The notes: generated from the sequence alone by a model not told the origin. DNA of 64,000 bases from Coriobacteriaceae bacterium (GCA_030525945.1 JAUNDT010000003.1:37319-101318), one strand, 5' to 3'; positions 9,736-19,355 are shown, counted from the first letter of the stretch. Numbers and translations are program-made.

Positions 9736-11430
9736 ATGCTTGATAGGCGAGTGTTTGTCGGTAGTGTTGCAGGATTCGGCGCCGCGTCCCTTGCGGGGCT
9801 TCTCGCTGGGTGCGACGACCGTCGTGCGGCGCAGAGCTCAGCTGAGCGCGCGCATTCTTCTAAATGGGTGTCCTGCCGAATCCCGGAGCCGGCGAGCATC
9901 GACCCGCTGTACGCTTCGTGCGCGGCCGACCTCGAGATCTGCTCGCTGCTCTTCGACCCGCTTACCCGCATCAACGTCGAAACAGGCGCCGTCGAGCCGC
10001 TCGCGTGCACGTCTTTTTCCCTGGCCGATGATGCTCGGTCGATCACGTTCCGTCTGCCACAGGGAGCTGTTTTCCATAATGGCGATCCGGTAGATGCGGC
10101 CTCGTTCAAGCGGGCATGGGAGCGTATTGCCGCTCGGCACGTTATGTCGGCGCTGCAGGACGATGACGATCCTCGGCAGGCGGGCGGGACGTATATCTAC
10201 GAAAGCCCTTTTGCCTCTCTGCTTAAGGATATCGAGGGCTATGACGAGTCCCGATCCTCTGACGTAGGCGGCATGGCGGGTATTCGCTGCCTCGATGACA
10301 GCACGCTCGAGATTCGCTTCTCACGCCCGTGCGCAAACTTCGCCGCGATCGCCTCGCATCCCGTGCTTGGTCCTGTCCCTGCATACGACGACGGTGCGCA
10401 ATCCGTCATGATGGCCGCACCTGTTGGAAATGGCCCGTTTGCCTGCCAGACTGAGTGGAATCCTGATGATGGCAAGAAGCCGCGTCATATCGAGCTGACC
10501 GCGCATAAGAACTACTCAGCTGCGCCCATCCAGATTGAGGGGGCGACGCTCGTGGTGCAAGGCGACACGCATGCGGCGTACAAATCATTCCAGACGGGCG
10601 ATGTGGACGTGTGCGACGTGCCCGTGGAGCAATACCGCGAGGCGGAGAAGGCATACGGGCTCTCGGAGGAGAGCCATGCCGTCTTAGCGGGCCGGCGTCT
10701 CGCTCGCGCCGCAGCTCCGGGCCTTGTGTACCTCGAATACGTATCGGGCGCCAAGCCGTTCACGGAGCACGATGCGCGCCGAGCTGTGAGTCTTGCCATC
10801 GACCGCGAGACGCTCTGCGAAAAGCAGCTGCGTTCCAGCTATGAGCAGGCGACAGCTCCGAAAGCATGGCCCACGGCTGAGCTGACGGTGTGGGAGGCAT
10901 GCGTCTTCGACCCCGAGCTTGCGGCCGAGCTGCTCGAAAAGGAGTATCCGGCGGATAAGGACGGGGCTCGCGACTGCTCCGTGACGCTTCTGCATCGCGC
11001 GGGCGGTGTGCTCGGGCGTATCGCGAGCACAATAGCCGAAGATCTGAAAGCCGTGGGAGTACAGGTCAAGATCGTCGCTGCTGAGGCGGATGAATTCGAC
11101 GAGCGTCTTGCCGATGATGACGTCTCGCTCGTACTGCGCAATTGGGAGCCTGCGATCCCCGACGCCGCTTCAGCCACGCTTGAGTTCGCAAGGGCGGGTG
11201 TCGTGCACCTAAGCGGGGATGCTCAGGAGCTCGTGGATGAGATCCGGGCGGAGCGAGACGAGGCAAAGCGCTCTTCAAAAGTTTCCGCCTTTTGGGATCT
11301 TTTGGGCCGCGATCTGCCCATCGCGCCCGTGGTGCGTCCCCTGTGGTGCAAGGTCGTTTCTGACCGCGTGGCCGGGGAGCGCTTTGACATCGCCGGCCGT
11401 CCGCGGCTCGAGGCTCTGCAACTTGTCTAA
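9736..11430 (+). CDS. Second, divergent family-5 substrate-binding lipoprotein with a Tat-type signal
   Basis: MLDRRVFVG...LLAGC; ITFRLPQGAVFHNGDPVDAASF; the domain order parallels oppA. Confidence 0.85.
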   Translation: MLDRRVFVGSVAGFGAASLAGLLAGCDDRRAAQSSAERAHSSKWVSCRIPEPASIDPLYASCAADLEICSLLFDPLTRINVETGAVEPLACTSFSLADDARSITFRLPQGAVFHNGDPVDAASFKRAWERIAARHVMSALQDDDDPRQAGGTYIYESPFASLLKDIEGYDESRSSDVGGMAGIRCLDDSTLEIRFSRPCANFAAIASHPVLGPVPAYDDGAQSVMMAAPVGNGPFACQTEWNPDDGKKPRHIELTAHKNYSAAPIQIEGATLVVQGDTHAAYKSFQTGDVDVCDVPVEQYREAEKAYGLSEESHAVLAGRRLARAAAPGLVYLEYVSGAKPFTEHDARRAVSLAIDRETLCEKQLRSSYEQATAPKAWPTAELTVWEACVFDPELAAELLEKEYPADKDGARDCSVTLLHRAGGVLGRIASTIAEDLKAVGVQVKIVAAEADEFDERLADDDVSLVLRNWEPAIPDAASATLEFARAGVVHLSGDAQELVDEIRAERDEAKRSSKVSAFWDLLGRDLPIAPVVRPLWCKVVSDRVAGERFDIAGRPRLEALQLV

Positions 11431-11585
11431 CCTCTTGATTGGGCGATGCTGGTTTGGCGCCGCCCAATTCTTGTGTAGAGGAGCTGCGTGCGTACCGCAT
11501 TGGGATCAAAATTGAGATTCTCACGTGCCCTGACCTGCGCGAATAATCAGAAACATCATCCAGGCAAAAATTTTTAAAAAAGTAC

Positions 11586-11615
11586 TTGCGCATCTGGCTG
11601 GTTGCAGGTTATTAT
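11586..11615 (+). promoter_or_regulatory. Sigma70-type promoter of tRNA-Leu
   Basis: TTGCGC-N18-TATTAT with an upstream A/T tract. Confidence 0.6.
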
Positions 11616-11654
11616 CTTCCTTGTTGCGAGCGCCACTGAGGCGCAAAGCAAAAC

Positions 11655-11744
11655 GTCGGAGTGGCGGAATTGGCAGACGCGCTAGCTTGAGGTGCTAGTG
11701 ACCGCTTTTTGGTCATGCGGGTTCAAGTCCCGCCTCCGACACCA
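11655..11744 (+). tRNA. tRNA-Leu(GAG)
   Basis: Cloverleaf; anticodon stem ctagc-ttGAGgt-gctag; long variable arm; GTTCAAGTCC T-loop; encoded CCA. Confidence 0.96.
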
Positions 11745-11752
11745 CGTATTTT

Positions 11753-11782
11753 AAACCCAAACCTTTCCGGTTTGGGTTTTTT
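11753..11782 (+). terminator. Terminator after tRNA-Leu
   Basis: aaacccaaacc-tttcc-ggtttgggttt followed by T residues. Confidence 0.8.
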
Positions 11783-11849
11783 ACTATCTATCGCACGCGG
11801 TCGTGCGATTGCGCGCCCGAAAACGCGATGTCATACGCGGAGGTGGCGC

Positions 11850-14192
11850 ATGGAGCATGTGCACAATGATGAGCTGAGCGACGTTGCCCGACTGGTCGAG
11901 GTGACGAGCGATGCCGTTGCGATCTGCGATGAGGACGGCACCGTTCGCCATGTCAATCGGCAGCTGCTCACCTTGGGTCGCATGCGCCGCTCCTTCGTGG
12001 TGGGCGCCGACATCAAAGACATTCTCTACAGCGCGGATTTCGAGCGCTCGGGCCACCATGCCATGCCTTTCACCGCGGACGGCGCGGATAACACCCTGAT
12101 GCTCAAGCTGTCCGACGGCTCGTTCATCCCGGTTCGCGTACGCGCCATTGAGTTGGAGAGCTCCACGAGCGCGCACGATGACGCCGCGCGCCATAGATAT
12201 GTGGTCGCCATTCGCAGCCTCGAGGAGCGCTATGCCCAGGACCGCAAGACGCAGCGGCTGCTCTCGGAGCTTCAGGCGGCCAACAAGCGCCTTTCGGGCA
12301 CCCTGTCGGTCATCATGTCCACCGTGGGCTCAAAAGACATGACTACGCTTCTGGACACGGTGCTCAACCGCATGACGGAGACGCTCGATGCCACTGGTGC
12401 GACGATGTATTTCGCCGAGTCGGGCGGCTTCAAGTTGCGCGGTGCGAGCTGCGGGCTGTCCGAGAGCTACATTCCTGATTTCATGCCCTACGGCGCGGGT
12501 GTTCCCACCTACGTACTGCGCGAGCAGCGCGCGTGTCGCCTGTCGCTCATGCCCGGTGCGCCCGGCGATCCCACGGCACTGGGAGCGTTCTACGACCTCG
12601 ACGCACGCGTGCGTCACAACCTGCGCATACAGGACATGCCGCCCTTTAAGACGCTCATTGCGGTTCCCGTATACTTCGGCACACAGGTGCTGGGCATCGT
12701 TGAGCTCGGGTGGGCCCGCCCCTGCAGCCCGCGCGTGTACGATGTCCGCGTCCTGGAGGTCATCTGCGACTATCTCTCCATTGAGTTGATGGGCGTGGTG
12801 AGCAGCGTGCGATCGGCTCGTACGGCGGGGCTCGCGCGGTCGCTCAGCCGCGTGCGCGACATCCTGCTCACATACGGCGACGACCGGATGGGCGCGTGGG
12901 CCGCGATGATGGATGAGGTGCGCGAGCAGCTCTCCTGCCGGTTGCTGCCCGTGTTGTACGACCTGGAGCGCAAGACCTATCTGATCGATTTCGACGGCGG
13001 CAGCCAAATCGACTTGCCGGCGGATGTTGAGGAGACGTTTTTCTCGGTGACGGCGCCCGCCGCGCGCGTGGGCGCTGCCGCGAGCGGTTTCGCCCGCAAT
13101 GGCGACGGGCCGCTCGCCGTTACGGATGAGCCCAAGCTCGCCCGCCTGGCGCGCGTGGACCGCACCACCTGGATGGGGGAGTGGCTCGAGCGCCACGGGC
13201 TGCCCTGCCAGGGCGTGTTCGTCGACATGGGATTCGATCCGGAGGAGGGCATTTTCGTCGAGGATGCCGGTCCCTTTGCGCGCGTGCTGCCCTCACGCCG
13301 CTTCCTGCTGTTGCGTGACGGGTCACAGGAGCCGGTGGACGACATGGAGTTCGACTATCTCACCCACCTGGCGCGCGATTTCGAACTCGTTATGGAGGGC
13401 GCACGCCAACAGGAAAGCGAGCGGAGGATCGCCCAAACACTTCAGGCGGGCATGCGCAACAGCCTGGGCTCCGTGCCGGGCATCACAACGGACGCGCTGT
13501 ATTCGTCGGCAACGCAGCAGGCGCTGGTGGGCGGGGACTTCTACACGCTCATTCGCCTGCCCGACGATCGCGCGGTGATGATTCTGGGCGATGTGTCGGG
13601 TAAGGGTGTGGAGGCCGCGTCGATGTCGTCTTTGGTGAAGACGGCGCTCACCGCCTACGCCTGGGAGGGCGCGAGCCCCGCCCGCATGGCGCGCTCGCTC
13701 AACCGAATGCTGATGAGCTTCTCGCGCGTCGAGACCTTCGTCACGGTGTTCATCGCCAAGCTCGACTTGCGCCATGGCCGCGCGACGTACTGCTCGGCGG
13801 GGCATCCCCCGACCATGCTGCTGCATGTGAGCGACTCGGGCGAGGTTGAGGCGGAGCAGCTGAGCGTGCAGTCCGGCGTGGTGGGCGCATTCGAGTCCAT
13901 GGTCTACGAGAACGGCGCGTTCTCGTTCACTCCGGGCGACATGCTGTTCATGTATACCGACGGGGCGATTGAGGCGCGCCGTGAGGATGGCGAGTTCTTT
14001 GGCGAGGTCCGTTTGCGCGAGGTGCTCCTGCGCGCCGCGGCGGGCGGTATGGAAGGGCTGTGCTCGCAGGTTCTCGGCGAGCTCGACCAGTTCACCGGCT
14101 CGGCGCTTGACGACGACATCGCGCTCGTGGCCCTTCGCTTCGATGAACGCTCGCATACGAGGGTTTCTGAGGGCGATTTGGCCCGCGAATAG
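11850..14192 (+). CDS. PAS-GAF-PP2C (SpoIIE/RsbU-like) serine phosphatase
   Basis: ATG after the ggaggtg RBS; N-terminal PAS-like and GAF-like segments; PP2C motifs VGGDFY, LGDVSGKG, SAGHPP, YTDGAIE and DDDIA. Confidence 0.88.
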   Translation: MEHVHNDELSDVARLVEVTSDAVAICDEDGTVRHVNRQLLTLGRMRRSFVVGADIKDILYSADFERSGHHAMPFTADGADNTLMLKLSDGSFIPVRVRAIELESSTSAHDDAARHRYVVAIRSLEERYAQDRKTQRLLSELQAANKRLSGTLSVIMSTVGSKDMTTLLDTVLNRMTETLDATGATMYFAESGGFKLRGASCGLSESYIPDFMPYGAGVPTYVLREQRACRLSLMPGAPGDPTALGAFYDLDARVRHNLRIQDMPPFKTLIAVPVYFGTQVLGIVELGWARPCSPRVYDVRVLEVICDYLSIELMGVVSSVRSARTAGLARSLSRVRDILLTYGDDRMGAWAAMMDEVREQLSCRLLPVLYDLERKTYLIDFDGGSQIDLPADVEETFFSVTAPAARVGAAASGFARNGDGPLAVTDEPKLARLARVDRTTWMGEWLERHGLPCQGVFVDMGFDPEEGIFVEDAGPFARVLPSRRFLLLRDGSQEPVDDMEFDYLTHLARDFELVMEGARQQESERRIAQTLQAGMRNSLGSVPGITTDALYSSATQQALVGGDFYTLIRLPDDRAVMILGDVSGKGVEAASMSSLVKTALTAYAWEGASPARMARSLNRMLMSFSRVETFVTVFIAKLDLRHGRATYCSAGHPPTMLLHVSDSGEVEAEQLSVQSGVVGAFESMVYENGAFSFTPGDMLFMYTDGAIEARREDGEFFGEVRLREVLLRAAAGGMEGLCSQVLGELDQFTGSALDDDIALVALRFDERSHTRVSEGDLARE

Positions 14193-14218
14193 GCCCTCGA
14201 GCGTTTGAGGTCGCGCGC

Positions 14219-14965
14219 ATGGGGAACCATAACGGTATGAGTGAATGGAACGACATAGCGGTTATCGCCCCGACGGGAGACATCGACCTGGCGTCTGTGC
14301 CCGCCTTGCGCGAGCAAGTTGACGGCCTCATGGCGACGGGCGTCCGCCGCATTCTCATCAACTGCCAAAACGTCGGGTTCATCGATTCGACGGGCCTCGC
14401 CTTCCTGCTTACCCGGGCCCGCTCGCTCCTGGCGCGCGACGGGCTGCTCTCACTCGTGGGCGCCTCGCCGCAGATCATGCGGTTCTTGCAGATCGCCCGC
14501 CTGCTCGACATTCTCCATGTGACGAGCTCGGAAAAGCCCGAGCTCCCCGTGTTGGCTCCCGGCGCGCCGCCTAAGTGGAGCAAGAGCTTTGCCGTTCGAC
14601 CGGGGGTTGAGCACCTGGGTGCCTACCGCAGGCGCGTGTCCGATCTGCTCGAGGGGCTTTCCCTTTCGCGTGATGACCGCTTTGACGTTGCGCTGGCGGT
14701 GGGGGAGGCGCTTTCGAACGCCTATGACCATGCGTGCGGTGCGCGTGGGTGCACGGTGACGGTTCAGGCGTATGCTGACCGTGTTGTGATTGAGGTGCGC
14801 GACTGCGGCTGCGGGTATGAGATTTCCGCCGATGAGGAGCCTCCCGAGAGCCGGGAGCGCGGTCGCGGCATTCGCCTGATGCGCATGCTGGTGGATAGCG
14901 TTGAGGTGTGTCGCCGAGTTGATGCGCCGGGCACGCAGGTACGCCTGATCAAGCTGCTGAAATAA
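14219..14965 (+). CDS. Fusion of a STAS anti-anti-sigma domain and an RsbW-like HATPase anti-sigma kinase
   Basis: N-terminal half: GDIDLAS and FIDSTGL. C-terminal half: GEALSNAYDHA, DCGCG and RGRGIRLM. Confidence 0.85.
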   Translation: MGNHNGMSEWNDIAVIAPTGDIDLASVPALREQVDGLMATGVRRILINCQNVGFIDSTGLAFLLTRARSLLARDGLLSLVGASPQIMRFLQIARLLDILHVTSSEKPELPVLAPGAPPKWSKSFAVRPGVEHLGAYRRRVSDLLEGLSLSRDDRFDVALAVGEALSNAYDHACGARGCTVTVQAYADRVVIEVRDCGCGYEISADEEPPESRERGRGIRLMRMLVDSVEVCRRVDAPGTQVRLIKLLK

Positions 14966-15033
14966 GCGGGTGAGTTCCTGCGATGGGCCGGGGCGGTTGA
15001 GAGCCGCGGCTCGTGCTGGGCGGTCCGATCGCC

Positions 15034-15065
15034 AAAAGAAAAACGGACGCCCGAAGACGTCCGTT
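15034..15065 (-). terminator. Terminator of the Gly-Cys tRNA operon
   Basis: On the minus strand, aacggacg-tcttcggg-cgtccgtt followed by tttctttt. Confidence 0.75.
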
Positions 15066-15074
15066 GCAATTCGA

Positions 15075-15148
15075 TGGAGGCGGCTCCCGGATTCGAACCG
15101 GGGGTAAAGGCTTTGCAGGCCTCTGCCTTACCACTTGGCCAAGCCGCC
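15075..15148 (-). tRNA. tRNA-Cys(GCA)
   Basis: Reverse complement ggcggcttggccaagtggtaaggcagaggcctGCAaagcc...gttcgaatccgggagccgcctcca. Confidence 0.96.
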
Positions 15149-15187
15149 GATGAAAAAGGCCGATGAGAACCGGCCTCTTACAAGCAA

Positions 15188-15263
15188 TGGAGCGGACAAC
15201 GGGGCTCGAACCCGCGACCCCAACCTTGGCAAGGTTGTGCTCTACCAACTGAGCCATGTCCGC
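15188..15263 (-). tRNA. tRNA-Gly(GCC)
   Basis: Reverse complement gcggacatggctcagttggtagagcacaaccttGCCaaggttgggg...ccgctcca. Confidence 0.97.
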
Positions 15264-15275
15264 TTGCGGATAACT

Positions 15276-15304
15276 ACTATACGTAAAATAGGGAGGCGTG
15301 GCAA
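15276..15304 (-). promoter_or_regulatory. Promoter of the Gly-Cys tRNA operon
   Basis: TTGCCA-N17-TATAGT on the minus strand. Confidence 0.7.
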
Positions 15305-15643
15305 GGCCCTTTTTCATTTTTATCGAGAAAATGATTCGCGGCCGCCTAGGTCCGGGTTTGAGACGGCTGCGGGCGGATCATAAGCTGGTTCTGGCTGCTT
15401 CGGTCTCATCTGAGGATGGGCCGGTCTGCTGGGATACGTTCGACAGTGTTCGATATCGACTTCAGGTTGATTCTGAGAACGAGGATGATTCGGATTGAGT
15501 TTTTCACCCAAGCCCTCGGTCTTTTTGGACTCAATTCGGATCGATAAAAGAAAGGCCGACAAGAAATTATTCTCATTATCAGTTCATCTACCTGCGGGAA
15601 TAGAAATAATCTCGCAATTCGAAAACTTTTTTCAAAAAAGTTG

Positions 15644-15673
15644 TTGACCTATTGGCTCGCTCTGGGCTATATT
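15644..15673 (+). promoter_or_regulatory. Promoter of the Val-Gly tRNA operon
   Basis: TTGACC-N18-TATATT with an upstream A/T tract. Confidence 0.7.
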
Positions 15674-15703
15674 AATCCCCGCGCTGAGAGGCGCACCTGA
15701 GTT

Positions 15704-15778
15704 GGGCGATTAGCTCAGGGGGAGAGCACTTCCCTGACACGGAAGGGGTCACAAGTTCAAATCTTGTATCGCCCACCA
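15704..15778 (+). tRNA. tRNA-Val(GAC)
   Basis: Anticodon stem cttcc-ctGACac-ggaag; encoded CCA. Confidence 0.96.
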
Positions 15779-15783
15779 CATAT

Positions 15784-15859
15784 GCGGACATGGCTCAGTT
15801 GGTAGAGCACAACCTTGCCAAGGTTGGGGTCGCGGGTTCGAGCCCCGTTGTCCGCTCCA
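15784..15859 (+). tRNA. tRNA-Gly(GCC), second identical copy
   Basis: Reverse complement of 15188-15263. Confidence 0.97.
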
Positions 15860-15866
15860 TGATTTT

Positions 15867-15895
15867 AAAAGACCGGTCGTAAGATCGGTCTTTTT
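15867..15895 (+). terminator. Terminator after the Val-Gly tRNAs
   Basis: aaaagaccggt-cgtaag-atcggtctttt. Confidence 0.8.
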
Positions 15896-16168
15896 GCATG
15901 GCGGTTCTTGTCGCTACAATTGGCGACACCTGCCGCCGCGTCTCGTCTTGCGGCAAATCACAACATCTAGGCGCGTCGCGTTTTCGCAGGAAGCGATTGG
16001 CCCCGTATCGAACGGGTGGGGGAGACTTTGTGAAGCGAAATCCCCCTTGCATTCGTCGCTTCGATATGGATGTGCAGGTGGGAGCGTTGGGCGACATCCC
16101 GCAGAGGAGTCTCGAAAGCGCGCTTCTAATGAACACTAAAATAAGCACATTTGCATTGACCTGCTAAA

Positions 16169-16215
16169 ACACAATATATAGTGTTGGTCTATAAAACTAA
16201 TACCAGATATAGCGC
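16169..16215 (+). promoter_or_regulatory. Tandem NrdR boxes overlapping the nrdD promoter
   Basis: acacaatatatagtgt (16169) and ataccagatatagcgc (16200), 31 bp apart, matching acaCwAtATaTwGtg; TTGACC -35 at 16156. Confidence 0.85.
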
Positions 16216-16351
16216 GCGAAATGCCGTATCATATGGCCATAGGCATTGACTGGCCTCGACCGCGCTTCCCCTTCCAGGGCGCGCGGCCGGGGCTTTCGTT
16301 TCCAGATAGGCGCTCGTTCTCGACGTTCGGGCATTCTGCGGGAGGGACACC

Positions 16352-18574
16352 ATGAAGATCATCAAGCGCAGCGGCTCTGAGGTCACCTTCGACCTTCAGA
16401 AGATCATCGCGGCTATCAACGGCGCCAACTCCGAGGTCGCCGATTCCGAGCGTCTCTCCGAGCGCCAGGTTCGCTACGCCGCGGAGAACGTCGCCGAGCG
16501 CTGCGAGAACGCCGGCCACACCGTCTCCGTGGAGGAGATCCAGGACATGGTCGAGGATGAGCTCATGGCGCTCGATCGCTATGAGGTCGCCCGCCACTAC
16601 ATCATCTACCGCTACGTGCAGGGCCTCAAGCGCCAGAAGAACACCACCGACGACAAGATCCTCTCGCTCATCGAGTGCAACAACGAGGAAGTCAAGCAGG
16701 AGAACTCCAACAAGAACCCCACGGTAAACTCCGTGCAGCGCGACTACATGGCCGGCGAGGTCTCCAAGGACCTCACTCAGCGCGTGCTGCTGCCCGCCGA
16801 GGTGGTAGAGGCCCACAACGAGGGCATCATCCACTTCCACGACTCTGATTACTTCGCCCAGCACATGCACAACTGCGATTTGGTGAACCTCGAGGACATG
16901 CTGCAGAACGGTACGGTCATCTCGGGCACGCTTATCGAGCGCCCGCACAGCTTTTCCACCGCCTGCAACATCGCCACGCAGATCATCGCCCAGGTTGCCA
17001 GTTGCCAGTACGGCGGCCAGTCCATCTCGCTGACGCATCTCGCCCCGTTCGTCGAGGTCAGCCGCCAAAAGATCCGCCGTCAGGTGGAGGCTGAGCTTGC
17101 CGAGCTGGGTGTTGAGGCGCCTGAGGACAAGGTCGCCGAGGTCGTGGAGAACCGCCTGCGCGACGAGATCCGTCGCGGCGTCCAGACCATCCAGTACCAG
17201 GTCGTGACCCTCATGACCACCAACGGCCAGGCTCCGTTCGTCACGGTGTTCATGTATCTCAACGAGGCGCGCAGCGAGTCCGAGAAGCGCGATCTGGCCA
17301 TGATCATCGAGGAGACCCTGCGCCAGCGCTACGAGGGCGTCAAGAACGAGGCCGGCGTGTGGATTACCCCTGCCTTCCCCAAGCTCATCTACGTGCTTGA
17401 GGAGGACAACGTCACCGAGGGCTCCCCGTACTTCTACCTCACGGAGCTCGCCGCCAAGTGCACGGCCAAGCGCCTGGTGCCCGACTACATCTCCGAGAAG
17501 AAGATGCGCGAGTTCAAGCTCTCCAAGGGCGAGACCGAGGGAAACGGCGATTGCTACACCTGCATGGGCTGCCGCAGCTTCCTTACGCCCGACCGCTCCG
17601 GCAACGGCTACGACAACGTGGCGCGCGCCAAGAACTACGAGCCGAACAAGCCCAAGTACTACGGCCGCTTTAACCAGGGTGTCGTGACCATCAACCTGCC
17701 GGACGTCGCGCTGTCCTCCCAGCAGGACATGGACAAGTTCTGGGAGATCTTCGACGAGCGCCTGGAGCTGTGCCATCGCGCGCTGCGCTGCCGCCACGAG
17801 CGCCTGCTGGGAACCCTGTCGGATGCCGCCCCGATTCTGTGGCAGTACGGCGCCCTTGCTCGCCTCGACAAGGGTGAGAAGATCGACAAGCTGCTCTACG
17901 GCGGCTACTCCACGATATCGCTGGGCTACGCGGGCCTGTACGAGTGCGTCAAGTACATGACCGGCTACAGCCATACCGACGAGCACGGCACGCCGTTCGC
18001 CATGGCCGTCATGCAGCGCATGAACGACAAGTGCGCCGAGTGGAAGGCCGCCGAGGACATCGACTACTCCATCTACGGCACGCCGCTCGAGTCCACCACC
18101 TACAAGTTCTCCAAGTGCCTGCAGCGCCGCTTTGGCATCATCCCGGGCGTGACCGATAAGGGCTACATCACCAACAGCTACCACGTGCACGTGGCCGAGG
18201 AGATCGACGCCTTCGACAAGCTCAAGTTCGAGAGCCAGTTCCAGCGCCTGTCCCCGGGCGGCGCCATCTCCTACATCGAGGTTCCGAACATGCAGGACAA
18301 CCTCAAGGCCGTCGTGAGCGTGATGCAGTACATCTACGAGAACATCATGTACGCCGAGCTCAACACCAAGAGCGATTACTGCCAGGTGTGCGGCTACGAC
18401 GGCGAGATCAAGATCGTGGAGGACGACGGCAAGCTCGTGTGGGAGTGCCCGCATTGCGGCAACCGCGACCAGGAGACGCTCAACGTCGCGCGTCGTACGT
18501 GCGGCTACATTGGCACGCAGTTCTGGAACCAGGGCCGCACCGAGGAGATCCGCGACCGCGTGCTGCACCTGTAG
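16352..18574 (+). CDS. nrdD: Anaerobic (class III) ribonucleoside-triphosphate reductase with an ATP cone
   Basis: ATP cone MKIIKRSG...FDLQKI; MGCRSFL, GRFNQGVVTINL, YCQVCG and the glycyl-radical motif RRTCGYIG. Confidence 0.97.
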   Translation: MKIIKRSGSEVTFDLQKIIAAINGANSEVADSERLSERQVRYAAENVAERCENAGHTVSVEEIQDMVEDELMALDRYEVARHYIIYRYVQGLKRQKNTTDDKILSLIECNNEEVKQENSNKNPTVNSVQRDYMAGEVSKDLTQRVLLPAEVVEAHNEGIIHFHDSDYFAQHMHNCDLVNLEDMLQNGTVISGTLIERPHSFSTACNIATQIIAQVASCQYGGQSISLTHLAPFVEVSRQKIRRQVEAELAELGVEAPEDKVAEVVENRLRDEIRRGVQTIQYQVVTLMTTNGQAPFVTVFMYLNEARSESEKRDLAMIIEETLRQRYEGVKNEAGVWITPAFPKLIYVLEEDNVTEGSPYFYLTELAAKCTAKRLVPDYISEKKMREFKLSKGETEGNGDCYTCMGCRSFLTPDRSGNGYDNVARAKNYEPNKPKYYGRFNQGVVTINLPDVALSSQQDMDKFWEIFDERLELCHRALRCRHERLLGTLSDAAPILWQYGALARLDKGEKIDKLLYGGYSTISLGYAGLYECVKYMTGYSHTDEHGTPFAMAVMQRMNDKCAEWKAAEDIDYSIYGTPLESTTYKFSKCLQRRFGIIPGVTDKGYITNSYHVHVAEEIDAFDKLKFESQFQRLSPGGAISYIEVPNMQDNLKAVVSVMQYIYENIMYAELNTKSDYCQVCGYDGEIKIVEDDGKLVWECPHCGNRDQETLNVARRTCGYIGTQFWNQGRTEEIRDRVLHL

Positions 18575-18602
18575 GGCTTCATCCCGTCTAGCGAGCCCGT
18601 CC

Positions 18603-18753
18603 GGGCCGGGGCCGGGCGTATACCGTCCGTCGCGAGTTCCGCACGAACAGAAGGCCCCTGCGGGGCCTTCGTCGTGAGCAGGACTGTCCGAGCAGCGGAT
18701 GGTATACGCCCGGCCCCGGCCCAGACAGGCTCGCCCTTACTCGTACTTTGCAG
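18603..18753 (+). repeat. Structured interspersed repeat, copy A
   Basis: 27-bp outer stem (18603-18629 / 18696-18722) enclosing a conserved core and an inner hairpin; related copies at 19355, 54962 and 59071. Confidence 0.9.
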
Positions 18754-18805
18754 TGCTATAGTTGGTATCAGATATGGTACGCAATAAGGTATGGAGTTGG
18801 GTGCT

Positions 18806-19093
18806 ATGACCGCTATTTACTCGTCTGCCGCGCTAAAGACCAAGCAACGCGAGGTCAAGGATGTTGCGCGCAAGGATGTCGTGCATATAACGGAGAACGG
18901 CAACGCCGCCTTTGTGCTTTTGAGTGAGGAGCTCTATGAGCGCAATCTGCGGGACGCGGCCGAGCGCGCGGCGTATGAGGAACGCGTGCGCGCGTGTATC
19001 CGCAATGGCCGGTCGGATATAGCCGAAGGCCGGGTAGTCGAGGGCATGATGGCGCTTGACGCCGCCTTGGAGGCGCGTCACCATCATGGCTAA
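18806..19093 (+). CDS. Phd/YefM-family antitoxin
   Basis: 95 aa; VVHITENGNAAFVLLSEELYE resembles the Phd fold; overlaps the toxin start by 8 nt. Confidence 0.75.
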   Translation: MTAIYSSAALKTKQREVKDVARKDVVHITENGNAAFVLLSEELYERNLRDAAERAAYEERVRACIRNGRSDIAEGRVVEGMMALDAALEARHHHG

Positions 19094-19355
19094 AATGGTG
19101 TTCACCGAGCAGTTTATCGATGACCTCGATACGATTTGGTCATCGCGCGTGTATGCCCGTGTGCGGCGTGTGCTCGCAATGATTGAGCAGTTTCCAGAAT
19201 GTGGATCTCGTTCGTTGCCGTCGTCTATCGAGCGCGAGTTTGGCAACACGGTTCGAAAATGCGCGGTCGGGCCATTTGACGTGCTGTACGACTATGACGC
19301 CAGCGAAGATGTCGCCTACGTGCTCGGCCTGGTTTCCCAACGGAGCGCCGAGTAG
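19086..19355 (+). CDS. RelE/ParE-family toxin
   Basis: 89 aa; MVFTEQFIDDL...FPECG...VGPFDVLYDY...VYVLG-type pattern; lies downstream of the antitoxin. Confidence 0.72.
   Translation: MAKMVFTEQFIDDLDTIWSSRVYARVRRVLAMIEQFPECGSRSLPSSIEREFGNTVRKCAVGPFDVLYDYDASEDVAYVLGLVSQRSAE

Noticed and set aside
11709-11849. N-terminal extensions in the ORF track (also 2705, 3536, 9664, 19850, 41789, 44275, 55184 and 62180)
   Set aside because: They overlap tRNAs, terminators or other genes; downstream starts have clear RBSs and match the family N-termini.
11655-15859. Prophage or ICE integrated at the tRNAs
   Set aside because: No integrase, no duplicated tRNA 3' end as an att site; the second tRNA-Gly is a complete gene with its own promoter.
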